Notes: generated by a model from the letters alone, not told the origin. Shown: positions 1-12,540, numbered from the whole stretch's first letter. The stretch is DNA of 62,963 nucleotides, filler included, from Basidiobolus ranarum (GCA_040143965.1; 10 parts of 10 records of this genome joined end to end with filler, not necessarily neighbours in it), one strand, 5' to 3'. Numbers and translations: made by a program.

Positions 1-2802
1 GAGTCCGTTCTCTCGAGACTGGGTGATGACGAAAAACTTCAACTGGCATTGAAGAGTGCTAAGGAAGCTGAGAAAGTAGCCGAGGAAGCTGTTGCGAGAA
101 AAAATGACCTCGAGCTTGAAATCGCCATGAAATCTGATGGTTTGGTGGGTATCCTGAAGGCAAAGATTTATTCTCTGGAGGATTTGGTTCGAATGTCTCG
201 TTACACCATCGAATCACTTGAAAATGAGATTAAAGAGATCCGGGAGCAATATCGCAGTAAACTTACCAATCAGGCGACTCAGCTGAAAGAGTTGTATCTA
301 ATGATTCGCGAAAGTCCCCAAGACTGTGAAAACGGCCATTCTAGGGCAACTACTGCTGACATGAACTTTGCTAGTGACAAAGAGCAAAGGTTACAAGATG
401 AAGTCGAGCGTTTGAAAAATGAACAGATCACAGTGCGTCAACAGATGACCAGTCTGGAGATTCAGATTCAACAATTTCGTCAGAATTCTCAGCCTTCACT
501 GATGGAGCATACTGATCAGCTGGAATTGTTGGATACTGAAGACTCTGACATTGATTACTCCATTCACTCATTCATATCCCTCGACCACAACAATCCTAGC
601 ATTCTGGAAGATTCAGATGACTCTTGGGCTGAGGAGAGTATCCCTACATCAACGCCCAAGAATGATTTTAGACAGGTCTACCGAAGGAAAGGACATCATA
701 AGAAATCCACACCTGCTTTATCCATGGCGAGCGATTCATTTCGGGACGAGACCGGAAATCAAGATGTTCGAAAAGGCTCTACTACATCTATATCTCGAAT
801 TGACTTGCCGAGCGAACAAAGAAAAAATATTGTTAGTGAATCCACGAATATCTTAAATCGTGTCAGATACAACGATTCGCCATTAAAAGCGGAAAGATCG
901 TCAATGCCAGTGACATCGTCAACTCTTCTTTCATATGTATCCGACGAGGTCAATACAGCGCTAACAACAGGTCTGTCACCCCGTAACTCTAAGCCACCAC
1001 CTTTCACTTCTATATCACCACCACCGCCACCACCTCCTCATCAGGATAGTCTAAATGAATCGGCACTTAACTCTACACCTATTGCCTCAACACCTCCATC
1101 TATCGTAACCACACCTTCTCTAGACGAATCCACCCCTTCAACACCTCTTCCATCCTCAAGCATACTAAGTCCCGGATTACCACCTCCTCCCCCACCACCA
1201 CCACCAATGTCGAGCCATACTTCGAATTCTTTTCCTCCACCTATGCCACAATTAAAGCCACGTAAACAGCTTAAATGGCTGCCTAGAAGTAAGGTAAAGC
1301 AGTTCCCCTGGGAAAAAATACCAGATTTTGCAGTCGAACGAACGGTGTGGTCAGAGAAAGTCAAAGAAGAAGAAAGCTTGGGGGAGGAGTTTACAACCAA
1401 AGGGGTATTTGAAGAAATCGAGGAGATATTTTCAGCACGTGCTATTGAGCCAATAGACCATGACACAGCGAAAGAGGAAAAGGCGGAAAGTAAAATCACA
1501 GTGTTGAATAGTAAACTTACTCATAATCTGATGATCATCTTGGGAAGACTGAGGCATCTATCGTCGGAGAAGATTAGAGAAGCTATATTGAATTTGAATG
1601 AGAATATATTAACTGAAATTTTAATCCGGCAATTCCTACAATTCATGCCCTCTGCCGAGGAAAGGGGACTTTTGGCTGAGTATAAAGAGACCCCAGAGAA
1701 ATTAGCAAAAGCTGATGCATTTTGCGCGGAAATGATGAAAATCGATAGATATGAGCAACGCCTTCGAGCTATGCACTTCAAGCAAACCTACTTTGAAAGA
1801 TACATAGCCCTAAACGAGGATCTATCCGCAGTTTTGGAAGCTTCCGAGGCATTAGAAAAAAGTCACCAATTCCCAAAATTATTGGAAATCATATTAGTGG
1901 TTGGAAACTTCATGAATGGGACATCGTTCCGTGGTAGCGCTTATGGTTTTAAAATTCATAGTATCAACAAATTAGTGGATACGAAGGGCAAGCGGAATCA
2001 GATCACACTACTACACTTCCTGGTCAATACGATAGAACAGAGATTCCCCGGCATTCTGAGGTTCTTAGATGAACTAAACCCAGTAGACGCCGGGTGTCGT
2101 GTTTGTTTTCATGAGATGAAAAGCAATTTCAAAGAGCTCAATGACCAATTTGAAGAAACCCAAATTGAAATTGAAAAATATCACTCCGGTCCGGATAAGA
2201 GTCAAGATCCCTTTACAATACAAATGAGAGGATTTTTAGCTTCAGCTGGTGAGCAACTTAGTGAAAGTCAAACCAAATATGAGAGGATGCATGTCACATA
2301 CGAGAAGATAGTGAAATCATATGGTGAGGATCCTAAGACCATGACACCTGAAGAATTCTTTGGAATATTCAAAAGTTTCATGACTTCTTTCGAAAAGGCA
2401 CTTAAAGACAATCGCTTAAGAAGAGAGCAAATAGAAAGAGCGGAGAAACGAAAGCACCAGGAAAACGCCAAGCTTGACGAACCTATCGCTGAAAAACCGT
2501 TGGAATCCGAGTTATCTGTCAATCCATCCCCTCCAACCGAAGAGGAGAAGGGTGTTATGGACAGTCTGTTGGATGTTTTACGCCGTGGTAATGATTTCAA
2601 TGCAGCTAGACGTGCGAATCGTACTGAAGCAATCTCTAGGTTGCGGGATCGAGATCGTAGACGTACTATACGTACTTATCGTCGAGGCTCCGTACATACT
2701 CGTGCAAAAGATTTACTCGTTGATCTTTCTAGCGACAAGATCTCCAGGCGCAATACTAGTAAGTCCACTTTGTCCATCCCAGCTCTAGCTGAGGATAATT
2801 AG
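1..2802 (+). CDS. Formin (FH1-FH2-DAD), 5'-partial
   Basis: Frame is open from base 1. Coiled coil, then poly-proline FH1 (PPPPPPPPPM), FH2 motifs (KVKQFPWEKI, LVVGNFMNG...AYGFKI, LLHFL, YGEDP...PEEFFGIF) and a DAD-like GVMDSLLDVLRRG followed by a basic stretch. Confidence 0.95.
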   Translation, partial: ESVLSRLGDDEKLQLALKSAKEAEKVAEEAVARKNDLELEIAMKSDGLVGILKAKIYSLEDLVRMSRYTIESLENEIKEIREQYRSKLTNQATQLKELYLMIRESPQDCENGHSRATTADMNFASDKEQRLQDEVERLKNEQITVRQQMTSLEIQIQQFRQNSQPSLMEHTDQLELLDTEDSDIDYSIHSFISLDHNNPSILEDSDDSWAEESIPTSTPKNDFRQVYRRKGHHKKSTPALSMASDSFRDETGNQDVRKGSTTSISRIDLPSEQRKNIVSESTNILNRVRYNDSPLKAERSSMPVTSSTLLSYVSDEVNTALTTGLSPRNSKPPPFTSISPPPPPPPHQDSLNESALNSTPIASTPPSIVTTPSLDESTPSTPLPSSSILSPGLPPPPPPPPPMSSHTSNSFPPPMPQLKPRKQLKWLPRSKVKQFPWEKIPDFAVERTVWSEKVKEEESLGEEFTTKGVFEEIEEIFSARAIEPIDHDTAKEEKAESKITVLNSKLTHNLMIILGRLRHLSSEKIREAILNLNENILTEILIRQFLQFMPSAEERGLLAEYKETPEKLAKADAFCAEMMKIDRYEQRLRAMHFKQTYFERYIALNEDLSAVLEASEALEKSHQFPKLLEIILVVGNFMNGTSFRGSAYGFKIHSINKLVDTKGKRNQITLLHFLVNTIEQRFPGILRFLDELNPVDAGCRVCFHEMKSNFKELNDQFEETQIEIEKYHSGPDKSQDPFTIQMRGFLASAGEQLSESQTKYERMHVTYEKIVKSYGEDPKTMTPEEFFGIFKSFMTSFEKALKDNRLRREQIERAEKRKHQENAKLDEPIAEKPLESELSVNPSPPTEEEKGVMDSLLDVLRRGNDFNAARRANRTEAISRLRDRDRRRTIRTYRRGSVHTRAKDLLVDLSSDKISRRNTSKSTLSIPALAEDN

Positions 2803-5284
2803 GCGGTAAAAGTGGCCGACTTCTCCAAATTCAAAGATATCTTCAACGCTCATATGAGGTATATTCATTGCGTCCATTCGACCAATATAGTAAATAGTTC
2901 TTATATTCTCGTATCTATATAGTTACACATATATATCTTTATTAGCTCATAGACCAACGTTTTCTCTTTGGCATGTATGAATATCTAGAGCCATTGTTTC
3001 GCATCGTGTCACTACTACTAATCACAGTAGCAAGTTGCATAGACTATTAAACTCCTTAACATATACACCAACATCAAGGAATTCCATTCCATCTGTGTCT
3101 TGCTTACTAACCATCTTTCGTAGATGTAATGACGCAGTAGCATATTAGGGCAGGAGTTGATCATTCTATGAGATACTGTGGAACATAGCCATATCTGAAA
3201 TCTGTAGAGAAGCATTAGAGCACTGCGTAGAAAGGGTAATGATTTCCAAATAACACAGATATGCAGCGCCAACCCTATCCTAATGAATACAGAATTAATT
3301 GGATGCTACGCTGTTTCACTTGTGCTTTCAAACAATAGAAATGACGCCAACTTGAGGTATTACTAAGGTTACACGTGAGTATTGTCTCGGAGGGACAACG
3401 GGGATTAATGGCAGTATACTCACTCTGACGGTCGTACCATCGATCCCATAATGTAGGATTGAGCTGAAGCATATCTTGATCCAAGTGGTACGACAATCGT
3501 GAAACAGTGAGAGGTCTAGATCGAGTAGATTCATTTCATGGCCTGAAATACTCTAAATAGGTTATAGTTTTAAGAAATACTACGAAAGCCCCACTAATAG
3601 TAATTACGAAGTTGGTAAATGAAAGATGTGCCATCTGGTTTGCAAGTTGTCATCTTAACACTTTCTGATACACGGCTAATATGAATATTTTACTTTTAAT
3701 ACGCCATGAGGGTACAGGGGAGGGAGGTGGCATATTTATGGTTGATGTTTCAGGATGACCATTCCAAAGTGGTGTACTGACCGGAATTTAGCAACGAGCA
3801 TGGATTTTTTATAGCAATGGTAGTGAGGCGTATATCAACTATTAGCAAAGATATTCTACAATATAATGCGCCCAAATCCCTCCTCCATATATTGCACAGC
3901 AAATGTGATCCACCCCACCTTTGTTCTACAGGGAGGCACAATCAAGAACGTTCTTTTTGAGACTCCAGTAATTACCAACACCAATCTCATGGTACGAGTG
4001 AGCTAATATTGACAAGCGGTCCAAAAACAACCGTTGTTGTCAAACACCATATGCATCAATGTTGATGAGTGTCACTTATTGAGCCTTCGTTGTTGCCCCT
4101 TAAAGTCCATACTAGATGTATTGACAGGAAAGTTCTGCAGTTGAAGCCATTTGAAACTTTAAAGTTATATCGAATATCGTGATCCGAAAAATACAAGGTC
4201 CAGGAAATACTACCCCAGGAAACCAGCTGGTTCTACTTGAATCATTTGGGACAGAGTCAAAGTGCCCGATGCTTCTTTGCATTGTTGATTGAGAAGTGCT
4301 TGGGTGTAAACCAGTAAAATGATTTGTAATTGGAATATTCCAAGATTGTAGCAACTTCTTGTCCAAGTGCACTCAACATTCTGGCCTTTTCTAGTAGTGC
4401 CGTATGAGGGTTCACTATTTTGCACAAGCCTGAATCATGCCATTTCTACCTAATCAGTTTCGAAATTGAACGTGATCAAAACTGATATAAGGAGATTGAT
4501 CACAAAGGCCATCAATGCAGCAGCTCGATAAGCTTAAACTACTAGTACATTAACGGATAGCTTATTGCAACTTTGTCGCCAGAGTGACCAACATGGGTAG
4601 GAAAGTACCCATAGTTCGGTGGACGATTATCATTGTATCCTGCGCTTGTTATTAAATCCACCAACATTGGCAGATACTAGGCACAGTTGCACATAATTAT
4701 CGCCAATTTCTAGGGCTAGCTATATATAACAAGTTCTATTTATCAACATCCAATCAGGATCTAATGAATGTGAAACCTAACTAGTTGACTGCCTACAATG
4801 GGTCCGATCAAAACTTACATGGGGGGGCTAATGATTACAAGTCTGCTGACGAGATAAAATTTGCACTTGGGGATTTTTCCCTGTCCGAGAAATCCGGGCC
4901 TTTCCACAGAAGGACATTTAGGGTTAGATCTGAATGATATGAATACATTTCCTCTCGCTTTCTAAATCGCCAGACAGGTTTGTTGAGTACTCAGACTAGC
5001 GCAGTCTGTGTGACCTGAGATGCTCTTTATTAGCTTAATGAATGTTATACAACACCACAAATCTCTAATTACTTTTCTACAGACACACCAGTCGTTGCTT
5101 ACTATTGCCAATCTGGCGAGTTATTTAAATCGAACATCGGTCCCCTCCATCCCAGCTGTTCAGGCTTCCTAGACTTCCTTGACAATTTCAGTCGCTTCCC
5201 CTCCTCTCCCCTTTGCCCAAGGAAGTAGCATCCCCGGTCAACTGATACAACTAACGATTCTGAGCGGAAGCATTCATTCCCGAA

Positions 5285-6222
5285 ATGATAAGACAGTTCA
5301 CTAAAGAGTATAATATGCCACCGCTGTACGAACAACGGTGGCCCTTCGCATTGAGACTCAAGAAGTCCATTATCCCTCGTATCATTCTAAAAGTTGTGAT
5401 GATGACAGCTTTCAGCGCCATCATTGTTGCTCTAAGAATGTACGTAAATCCTGATATTGCCATGAAAGGCCAGCTTATTACCATTCTTGGAATGGTCACC
5501 TCTCTTTTACTTGTTTTCCGTACAAACACCGCTTATGATCGTTATTGGGAAGGAAGACGTTTGTGGAGCACACAGATGGTTAACTTGCGAAATCTCACCC
5601 GGTTGATCTGGGTGAACATTGCTGAGAAGACACCTAACGATAAGAAGCTCAAGAAGATGGCTGTTAAGCTCTTAATCTCTTTTGTGTACTCAACTAAGCA
5701 CTACCTGCGTGAAGAGTATGATTATGCCGACATTACACCAGATATGGTGCCATTTCTTCGTACTTCCACCTCCAAGTATCGTACTCCAACCTCTATTGTC
5801 AATCAACGTGAACAATCATTACTACGTCCTATTGTTCCGATCACTGAAAGTAAAACTCCCGGGAGTAACTTGCCTCTCGAGATCACTATCCATTTGACAG
5901 CCTTTATTCAGAATCAAAAAGATGTTGCCAACATCGATGCACCATTGTTTACTATTCTTACTAATTCAGTCAGCAATATGACCGATTGCTTAACTGGGTT
6001 TGAGCGTATTCTTCGTACACCTATTCCAGTGGCATATTCGATTCACTTGAGCCAAACCGTCTGGTTCTATCTTATCATGCTGCCATTTCAGTTAGTAGCT
6101 GAACTCGGGTGGATTACCTGCTTGGGTGTAGCACTCGCATCATTCACATTATTTGGTATTCTAGCCATTGGCGGAGAGCTTGAGAATCCCTTTGGTTATG
6201 ATTGGAATGATCTTCCTTTGGA
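5285..6222 (+). CDS. Bestrophin/UPF0187 (YneE-like) anion channel, 3'-partial
   Basis: Motifs LLLVFRTNTAYDRYWEGRRLW, ERILRTPIPVAYSIHL and IGGELENPFGYDWNDLPL; hydrophobic helices; runs into the linker. Confidence 0.92.
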
Positions 6223-6322
6223 NNNNNNNNNNNNNNNNNNNNNNNNNNNNNNNNNNNNNNNNNNNNTTAATTAATTAANNNNNNNNNNNNNNNNNNNNNN
6301 NNNNNNNNNNNNNNNNNNNNNN
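6223..6322. other. Artificial contig linker (N44-TTAATTAATTAA-N44)
   Basis: Six-frame stop linker, identical in all nine gaps. Confidence 0.99.
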
Positions 6323-6444
6323 CTACTATATAAGTCACCATATACTCTTAAGAATAAACTAACTAAAACACACTATCATAAGTTGCTTCTAATACTCAAA
6401 GTCTACCCCATTATGTCAAGATCCTCCAACAAAATTAAATAACG

Positions 6445-7131
6445 CATATCCAAATATGAGAATCAATATTCTAACATTTATGAATACCAACAAAATACCA
6501 TCAGGAAGCTACTGTTTCACCATCAAAATCCCTGGCAGAATGCAAGCCACCAATTTTGTGATGGTTCTCTGATGTTTTTGCAAGTTAGAAGGGAGGATCC
6601 AATCCAGATCAAATTAATTTTATTTTTGTTAGGGTGTGAACAGTAACAAGAGTCAGCTATTTGCCAAGTATCAGTGCTATTCAAATTTTCAAATGTTTAG
6701 CAATTTTTCCACCATTAGTTTGCTGGTAAAGCTTATTGATATTGTTGAGTTATGTCTGATTGGTCAAGTATGTGCATATGTAAAGACTAAACACCATGAG
6801 ATTCTGGTGTTTTTTGATTCTCATAATGTTGGGAATACAAAGCCTAAGATATCTAAATAAAGGCATGCATATTAATTCAAATTCCTACAGTAGTAAACCC
6901 AGTAACTTCCCATCCAAATGTTATATGTTTTCAAAGTTTGTTGGAAATTAAATCATGCATGCCAAATATGAGGATTAATATTTACACATATATGAATATC
7001 ATCAAAATACTGTGAAGAAGCAGCTGTCTCACCATAAAAATCTCTGGCAGAATGCAAGCCATCAATATTGTGATGGTTTTGCAATCTAGTAGGGTGGATG
7101 CAATCTGGATCAAATTGACTTTATTTTTGTT
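6445..7131. repeat. Diverged ~180-bp direct repeat pair (~6445-6632 and ~6957-7131)
   Basis: Both copies share CCAAATATGAG...CTGGCAGAATGCAAGCCA...TTGTGATGGTT...GATCAAATT...TTTATTTTTGTT. Confidence 0.8.
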
Positions 7132-7194
7132 TGGGGGCTCAAGTCAGATGTTCTTGGATTCAAATGAAAGCCAAAAATTTCCATATCAATCTAG

Positions 7195-7538
7195 AGTTGG
7201 TGATTTGATGTAAATCATGGTTAGAACACAGCCAGATATTGCATATCTGATAGCTTACCAGATTTAGGTTATCCTCCAAATTCACCAACTATAATATTTC
7301 AAGATAAACCAAGTTGTATCAAATTAGCTAAAAATCCCATATTTCATTGTAGAAGTAAACATATAGATATTAGATATCATTTCATTAGAGACTATAGAGA
7401 ATAAGCTTATCAACTTAACTTATTGTTCTACAAAAGATATGATTGCTGATATATTAACCAAAACATTAGCTAGACAGAAATTTGAGAAATTTAGACCTTC
7501 CTTAGGATTATTTATATGACTATTTAGTTGAGGGAGAG
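7195..7538 (+). mobile_element. Degenerate Ty1/Copia RT-RNase H remnant with PPT
   Basis: Translates to (LM*)IMVRTQPDIAY, KLAKNPIFHCRSKHIDIRYHFIRD and DMIADILTKTLARQKFEKFR; followed by the purine tract GAGGGAGAG at ~7530. Confidence 0.9.
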
Positions 7539-7886
7539 TTTTATAATTAGCATTGCCTAAGCACCTATATAGTCATATATAGCTTAGTACTTAGTTATCT
7601 AATATTTCACTAAGATATTATCCATTATTCTCAATTGGAATATACTTGGATTATTTTTTATCAACTTAGAAGTACTCAGATATATAGATTTTTCAAACTT
7701 ATGCAAGAAGCCCCAAACTTTGCAAACATGTTTCTTGGACCTTCCTTAACACATTCTACATGTTAGTTTGCTTACATCTTGGCAAACTATAAATGTCAAC
7801 TTCCAACTCAATAAATCAATAAGTTAAAACCACCAATTTCTCTGATTCACCAAACCACTTCCAACAGGCTCCCAAATACTTTAACA
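7539..7886 (+). repeat. Probable 3' LTR of the Copia remnant
   Basis: Follows the PPT, is AT-rich and ends ...CAGGCTCCCAAATACTTTAACA, resembling the LTR ends in 44186-50383. Boundaries approximate. Confidence 0.45.
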
Positions 7887-8453
7887 GCATAGAGGGCATT
7901 GATGGGCTTGGAAAAGCATTAGCCACTGAACCAGAATACATAGAAGTATCATAAGCAACTAGTACCATCTGTTTATTATCGTTATCATTATTATTACCTT
8001 TGTAAACAGGTATCTAACCTCTCAGATTTTTCGCATATCTTATATTACTTAGTATTACTGGCAATGTGCTCTTATTTCCTCAACGCTTATCTTTATACCA
8101 TGTCTGTATACAGTTCGTATCTTGCCTCACTACCTATCGAAACAAATTCTTGTAGTATGTAAACATTATATGCTGTAGAATTGAGATTGAGAATTTATCC
8201 GAAATGGTGATTTCAATATCAAAACAAAGTGAGCCAATCAGTTCGAGTATAAGATTGTTTTCAATTTGAACGGATTAGATACGTTGCTGAGGATGAAGTG
8301 AAGGGAGTAATTAGGAATTCATTACCCTATTATCTGAACCTCTCATTTACGTGTTTCCACTTGTTCTTCCATCCACCTTAATAGAGTTTATTCAAGAAGT
8401 AAGCGAACCATATATCACGTCAATTAACCATTTACACGACACCGTTACTTTAT

Positions 8454-11400
8454 ATGGTAGACGAGACTCCACAGCCACGTAAACGTATTGGTTTATTAAA
8501 AAGAAAGGATGGAACCGCCGCCTCCTTATCCAGCTCCGATAATGAAGAAGGTGGTTTATTCTCGAAAACTTCTCTGGGGTTTTCCTTGGGAAACACTATA
8601 GATTCTGATTCGGATAGTGATGTTTCGTTACCTTCCACTGGAAACTTGAAACGTTTAACTGGAAGTTTACTTTCTGGAAGTGGACGTCTGAACACCTCCC
8701 TTTTTAACCGAAATACGTTGGGGAATCATGGTTTGGAAACCCCCTTGACTTCCAAATCTGATTCAGATACTGATTCCGATATGGAAAAGAAGCATAGTCC
8801 TTCGGTAGTGAAAGAAGTTGTAAAGAAACCGAAGAATCTTTCGAAACCTGGTAAAGCAGCCCGAATTCTTGAGATGTTAGGATATGAATCGGATGATGAA
8901 GTAAAAAGTGGTAATTCAGTTCCATTAGTACTAGATGTGATACCACCTCTTGATGAATCAATTCCCAAACAAAATCCTACTATAAACACGAATTCTAGTT
9001 CGGATTCTAGTTCTGAGGAGGAATCCAATGATTTAAAGGTTAAAAATATCAAAACACCCAGGAAAACAGCCGGAGGTCTCAAGTCCGCCACTAAAAGAGA
9101 TCTATTAGAAATGCACAAAGAAACAGAAAGGCTAATCAGACAGTCTGGATTGGCTGCACCTATACCTAGCCCTAAAGCAGCTCCCAAGAGACTCAACATG
9201 TCGGCCTTCCTTCAAAAGTTTCAAAAACCTGTTGTAGAAGCTGTGCCTGAAATTGAAGATACCCCGAATGTCATTTCTGAGGAGGATTCAACGAGTAAAA
9301 GTCCACCTGCAGTCACTTCAAATATCACTACTACAGAATCACAGCAGATAGAAAATATCTTGGACTCTCAGATTGAAACAATTCCTCCCAAGGTGAAGAT
9401 CCCCAACACTCTTAGTGGATTTTTATTGAAACCTCTTCCAAATTCACCAAGAAACTCTACCGCGACTACTGTTGACAAAGGTAAACAAGTAGAACGTCAT
9501 TCCGAAAATGAAGTAGATACCACGCTGTCGAAACCCTCTATTGATAAGGGAAAAGAGAAAGAGCACGAGCAATCAACCAACACCCAACTGGCCGATCCAT
9601 TTGTTACTAAGAAATCCAATATCGTAGTCCCCTCATATCAAGCATCCGATAGTGATTCGGAACTAGAGATTATTGAAAATCCGAAAGATTTGGCTATCCA
9701 AGGATTGCTGAAAGTGGTGCAAAAGAGACCAAGAAAGTCTCCAGTAAAACCGGTGTGCAACTCAAATACTGCAGCGTTTACTAGCCCCAGTCGAATTCGA
9801 AATGGTAATACTGTAACTCAACGACAGCTCAATCGTAAATTATTAAACACCATACAATCACAATCGGCGAAAAAACGAATTGAAGATATCGAAAAGCAGC
9901 TAGCGAAACAATACGCGCCTGATAAAGAAGTTCCAGATATACTGTCAGATGAAGAAGGCATTCTCCTATCTGGTGAAGATGAAGAAGAATATGAATCAGG
10001 ATCAGAAATTCAATCGGGAAATGAAGAGCAGGAACTTTCAGAGAGTGAAGCTAATGAGCCTTCACATGACCTCGAATTCACCAAGCCCGAGAAAGCCTCT
10101 ATTGAATCTGATGAAGCCGTCAATGTGCAACAGCGAATCTCTGTGGATGAAGACAACTCCTCCGAGGACGAACTGCCCCCTCTCTCTTCTTTAAGAGCGC
10201 GAAGCAAGCCTTCTATGTCCAATCGAGTTGTGATTGATGACGAAGATGAGGAATCTGTAGCCGCTACCCTCCCAACTCAACCTCACAATAATGGATATAA
10301 CAGAATAGAACAAATTGATGAAGAGGGATTCTTGATCAGTAGCTTGCCTAAATCCCAGGACTCGCAAGAGTGTTACGAAGATAGTGGTTTTCCTACCCAA
10401 TATATTACAGAGGAAGGATTTTTGACTCTTCATGCCCCTACTCAAGAAACAATTCTATGCACTCCCTCTCAAGATTCTTCTTCGGCAACCCAACTAGTGA
10501 ATTCATCGCTTACTTCGATTTCTCAATCACCACCTCATACTTGGAGCCGCTTACAACAAGGACGCTCAAGTGAATCTGTCGAAAATTCAATACCAGAAAA
10601 CTCCAAACCGATGACCGAGATGGACGCTTTCGCACTACTTGGGCAAGCCGCTACCAATGAGTATAATAAATCACAAGAAGCGTCGCTGGTCACCCAATTG
10701 AAACCCAAAATGAAAACTCACTCGGCGTTCATCGATGCTGAAGCTGAAGAGGAGGAAGATGAGTTTGGAGTGAAGATTGATGATGATGAAGAGGAAGAGG
10801 AATCCGACGAAGATATTATGATCCCAACACTAGACGAGGATGAAGAGTTTGATCACCAGGACATCAAGGAACTGCATCTTCAACAAATGAAAGAAAAGGA
10901 TCGTAAAGATATCACAAACTTGATGAACGATATAGCTACTGGTGGTTTGCGAAAACGTCGTAGATTGGGATTTGATGATGGTAAAGGATATGACCTAGAT
11001 GATGAGTTCTCTGATGATGAAAATTTGAATCGTCGCTCTAGACTTCGCCTCATCAAAAGAAGAACCAATACCGACGATTTCCTTGACCGTATCGCTAAAA
11101 ACCCCGAAACTGCAGCATTTGCTAGAGCTGCAGTAGGTAAAGAAGATGTGGATGATCCAGATCCATTTGATCATGTGGAAGACAACGCAGAAGACGTCTT
11201 TTCTATGTTCCGTTCCAATCACTCAGTCAGTGTAGAGGAAATATACAGTCGCGAAATATCAATGGAGGTCGATGAAATGGATGACACAGTAGAGGAAGTC
11301 AATGAAGAAGCCCTACATAATTCCGAAGCAAGAATATATTATGAGCAAGTTACCACCAGCAGCACCAGTACTAGTACCAGCACCAAATCTGTGAGCTTCG

Positions 11401-11903
11401 ACTTTTCTCAGAATGATGATTTTGAAGGACGTGATTTATCCATCCTACGCTTGATTAAGAATCGCGGTTCAGCACTTGCTTCATCCGTTGAAGATCCCAA
11501 TGATGATACATATGAATCTTGGATGAACCCCCACAAAAGTGGAGTCTCATTCTTGGAGACCAATCCTGATCGTGCTAAACGATTCGTCAGTATGGTCAAT
11601 GAAGATAAGATACTAGGAGAAGTAGTCGCACGTAAAGAATTTAATCACAAGAATATGGCTTTCCGCTCTGCATCAAAAACCAAGATTGTCTCCCTAAAAT
11701 CATCCACCAAGTTGACCAAGGGAAAGGCTCCAGAACGCTCCACGATCAAAGAATTGGCACAACCCCGCGGGTCTTCTGCAATAGACTCACCAACCAATTA
11801 TTCTACAACATCGCAACCATCTCGTTCTGAACTGGTTACTGAACCAGCCGCAGCACCCTGTCCTTTATTGAAAGTTCTCAGTAGATATGATAGTTTTCAG
11901 TGA
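8454..11903 (+). CDS. MRC1: Mrc1/claspin-like replication checkpoint mediator
   Basis: Acidic, low-complexity 1149 aa. TKRDLLEMHKETERLIR resembles the Mrc1/claspin N-terminal helix; SQ/TQ cluster; MRC1-like domain FIDAEAEEEEDE...DITNLMNDIATGGLRKRRR...KNPETAAFAR. Confidence 0.8.
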   Translation: MVDETPQPRKRIGLLKRKDGTAASLSSSDNEEGGLFSKTSLGFSLGNTIDSDSDSDVSLPSTGNLKRLTGSLLSGSGRLNTSLFNRNTLGNHGLETPLTSKSDSDTDSDMEKKHSPSVVKEVVKKPKNLSKPGKAARILEMLGYESDDEVKSGNSVPLVLDVIPPLDESIPKQNPTINTNSSSDSSSEEESNDLKVKNIKTPRKTAGGLKSATKRDLLEMHKETERLIRQSGLAAPIPSPKAAPKRLNMSAFLQKFQKPVVEAVPEIEDTPNVISEEDSTSKSPPAVTSNITTTESQQIENILDSQIETIPPKVKIPNTLSGFLLKPLPNSPRNSTATTVDKGKQVERHSENEVDTTLSKPSIDKGKEKEHEQSTNTQLADPFVTKKSNIVVPSYQASDSDSELEIIENPKDLAIQGLLKVVQKRPRKSPVKPVCNSNTAAFTSPSRIRNGNTVTQRQLNRKLLNTIQSQSAKKRIEDIEKQLAKQYAPDKEVPDILSDEEGILLSGEDEEEYESGSEIQSGNEEQELSESEANEPSHDLEFTKPEKASIESDEAVNVQQRISVDEDNSSEDELPPLSSLRARSKPSMSNRVVIDDEDEESVAATLPTQPHNNGYNRIEQIDEEGFLISSLPKSQDSQECYEDSGFPTQYITEEGFLTLHAPTQETILCTPSQDSSSATQLVNSSLTSISQSPPHTWSRLQQGRSSESVENSIPENSKPMTEMDAFALLGQAATNEYNKSQEASLVTQLKPKMKTHSAFIDAEAEEEEDEFGVKIDDDEEEEESDEDIMIPTLDEDEEFDHQDIKELHLQQMKEKDRKDITNLMNDIATGGLRKRRRLGFDDGKGYDLDDEFSDDENLNRRSRLRLIKRRTNTDDFLDRIAKNPETAAFARAAVGKEDVDDPDPFDHVEDNAEDVFSMFRSNHSVSVEEIYSREISMEVDEMDDTVEEVNEEALHNSEARIYYEQVTTSSTSTSTSTKSVSFDFSQNDDFEGRDLSILRLIKNRGSALASSVEDPNDDTYESWMNPHKSGVSFLETNPDRAKRFVSMVNEDKILGEVVARKEFNHKNMAFRSASKTKIVSLKSSTKLTKGKAPERSTIKELAQPRGSSAIDSPTNYSTTSQPSRSELVTEPAAAPCPLLKVLSRYDSFQ

Positions 11904-12003
11904 TTATTATCAACCTTCCTCTTCAAATATATTCACTCCATGTACATAAACTATTTAACAACCGCATTATAAGGGTCTTTAGATCTTGAATTATTATATG
12001 GTT

Positions 12004-12043
12004 ACACGCTACAATAACACGCAACAATAACACGCAACAATAA
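12004..12043. repeat. Short tandem repeat, ~3 copies of a 13-bp unit (ACACGCAACAATA)
   Basis: acacgctacaata acacgcaacaata acacgcaacaata. Confidence 0.85.
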
Positions 12044-12409
12044 ATTCTTCGAAAGGAATAATGACGAATTAAGGTTTGAGCTTAATAGTTATGTCAAATT
12101 GCGTGAATAGCAAAATGATCCAATCAAAAACTGTCCTGTGATTCAGAGGAAATAAAGTTTGACACTAGTGTTCTTTTATTGCAGATTTGATCTAATATCA
12201 AATCAATGACGACAAGTTTGGAGGCATGGCATTATCAATCACGCAATATTGTTGCCAAACGACCTAACATAAGCAGGATTCTCCCCCAAGCAGATATTAC
12301 GATAGACACGGCTCAATTCGAGAAAATTGCGCTATATATAAATATCACAAACGTTGTATGATAGTTATCTATCGAAATTCACAACTGACTTTCCTACTCT
12401 CTTACCTAA

Positions 12410-12540
<131 letters not shown>

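Noticed and set aside
3000-4450. Short ORFs that might be a LINE or gene relic
   Set aside because: Only a vague LGI...ALL resemblance; no diagnostic RT or endonuclease motif.
6267-6278. Palindromic TTAATTAATTAA recurring about every 6.3 kb
   Set aside because: Always centred in 88 Ns; an artificial six-frame-stop linker, not biology.
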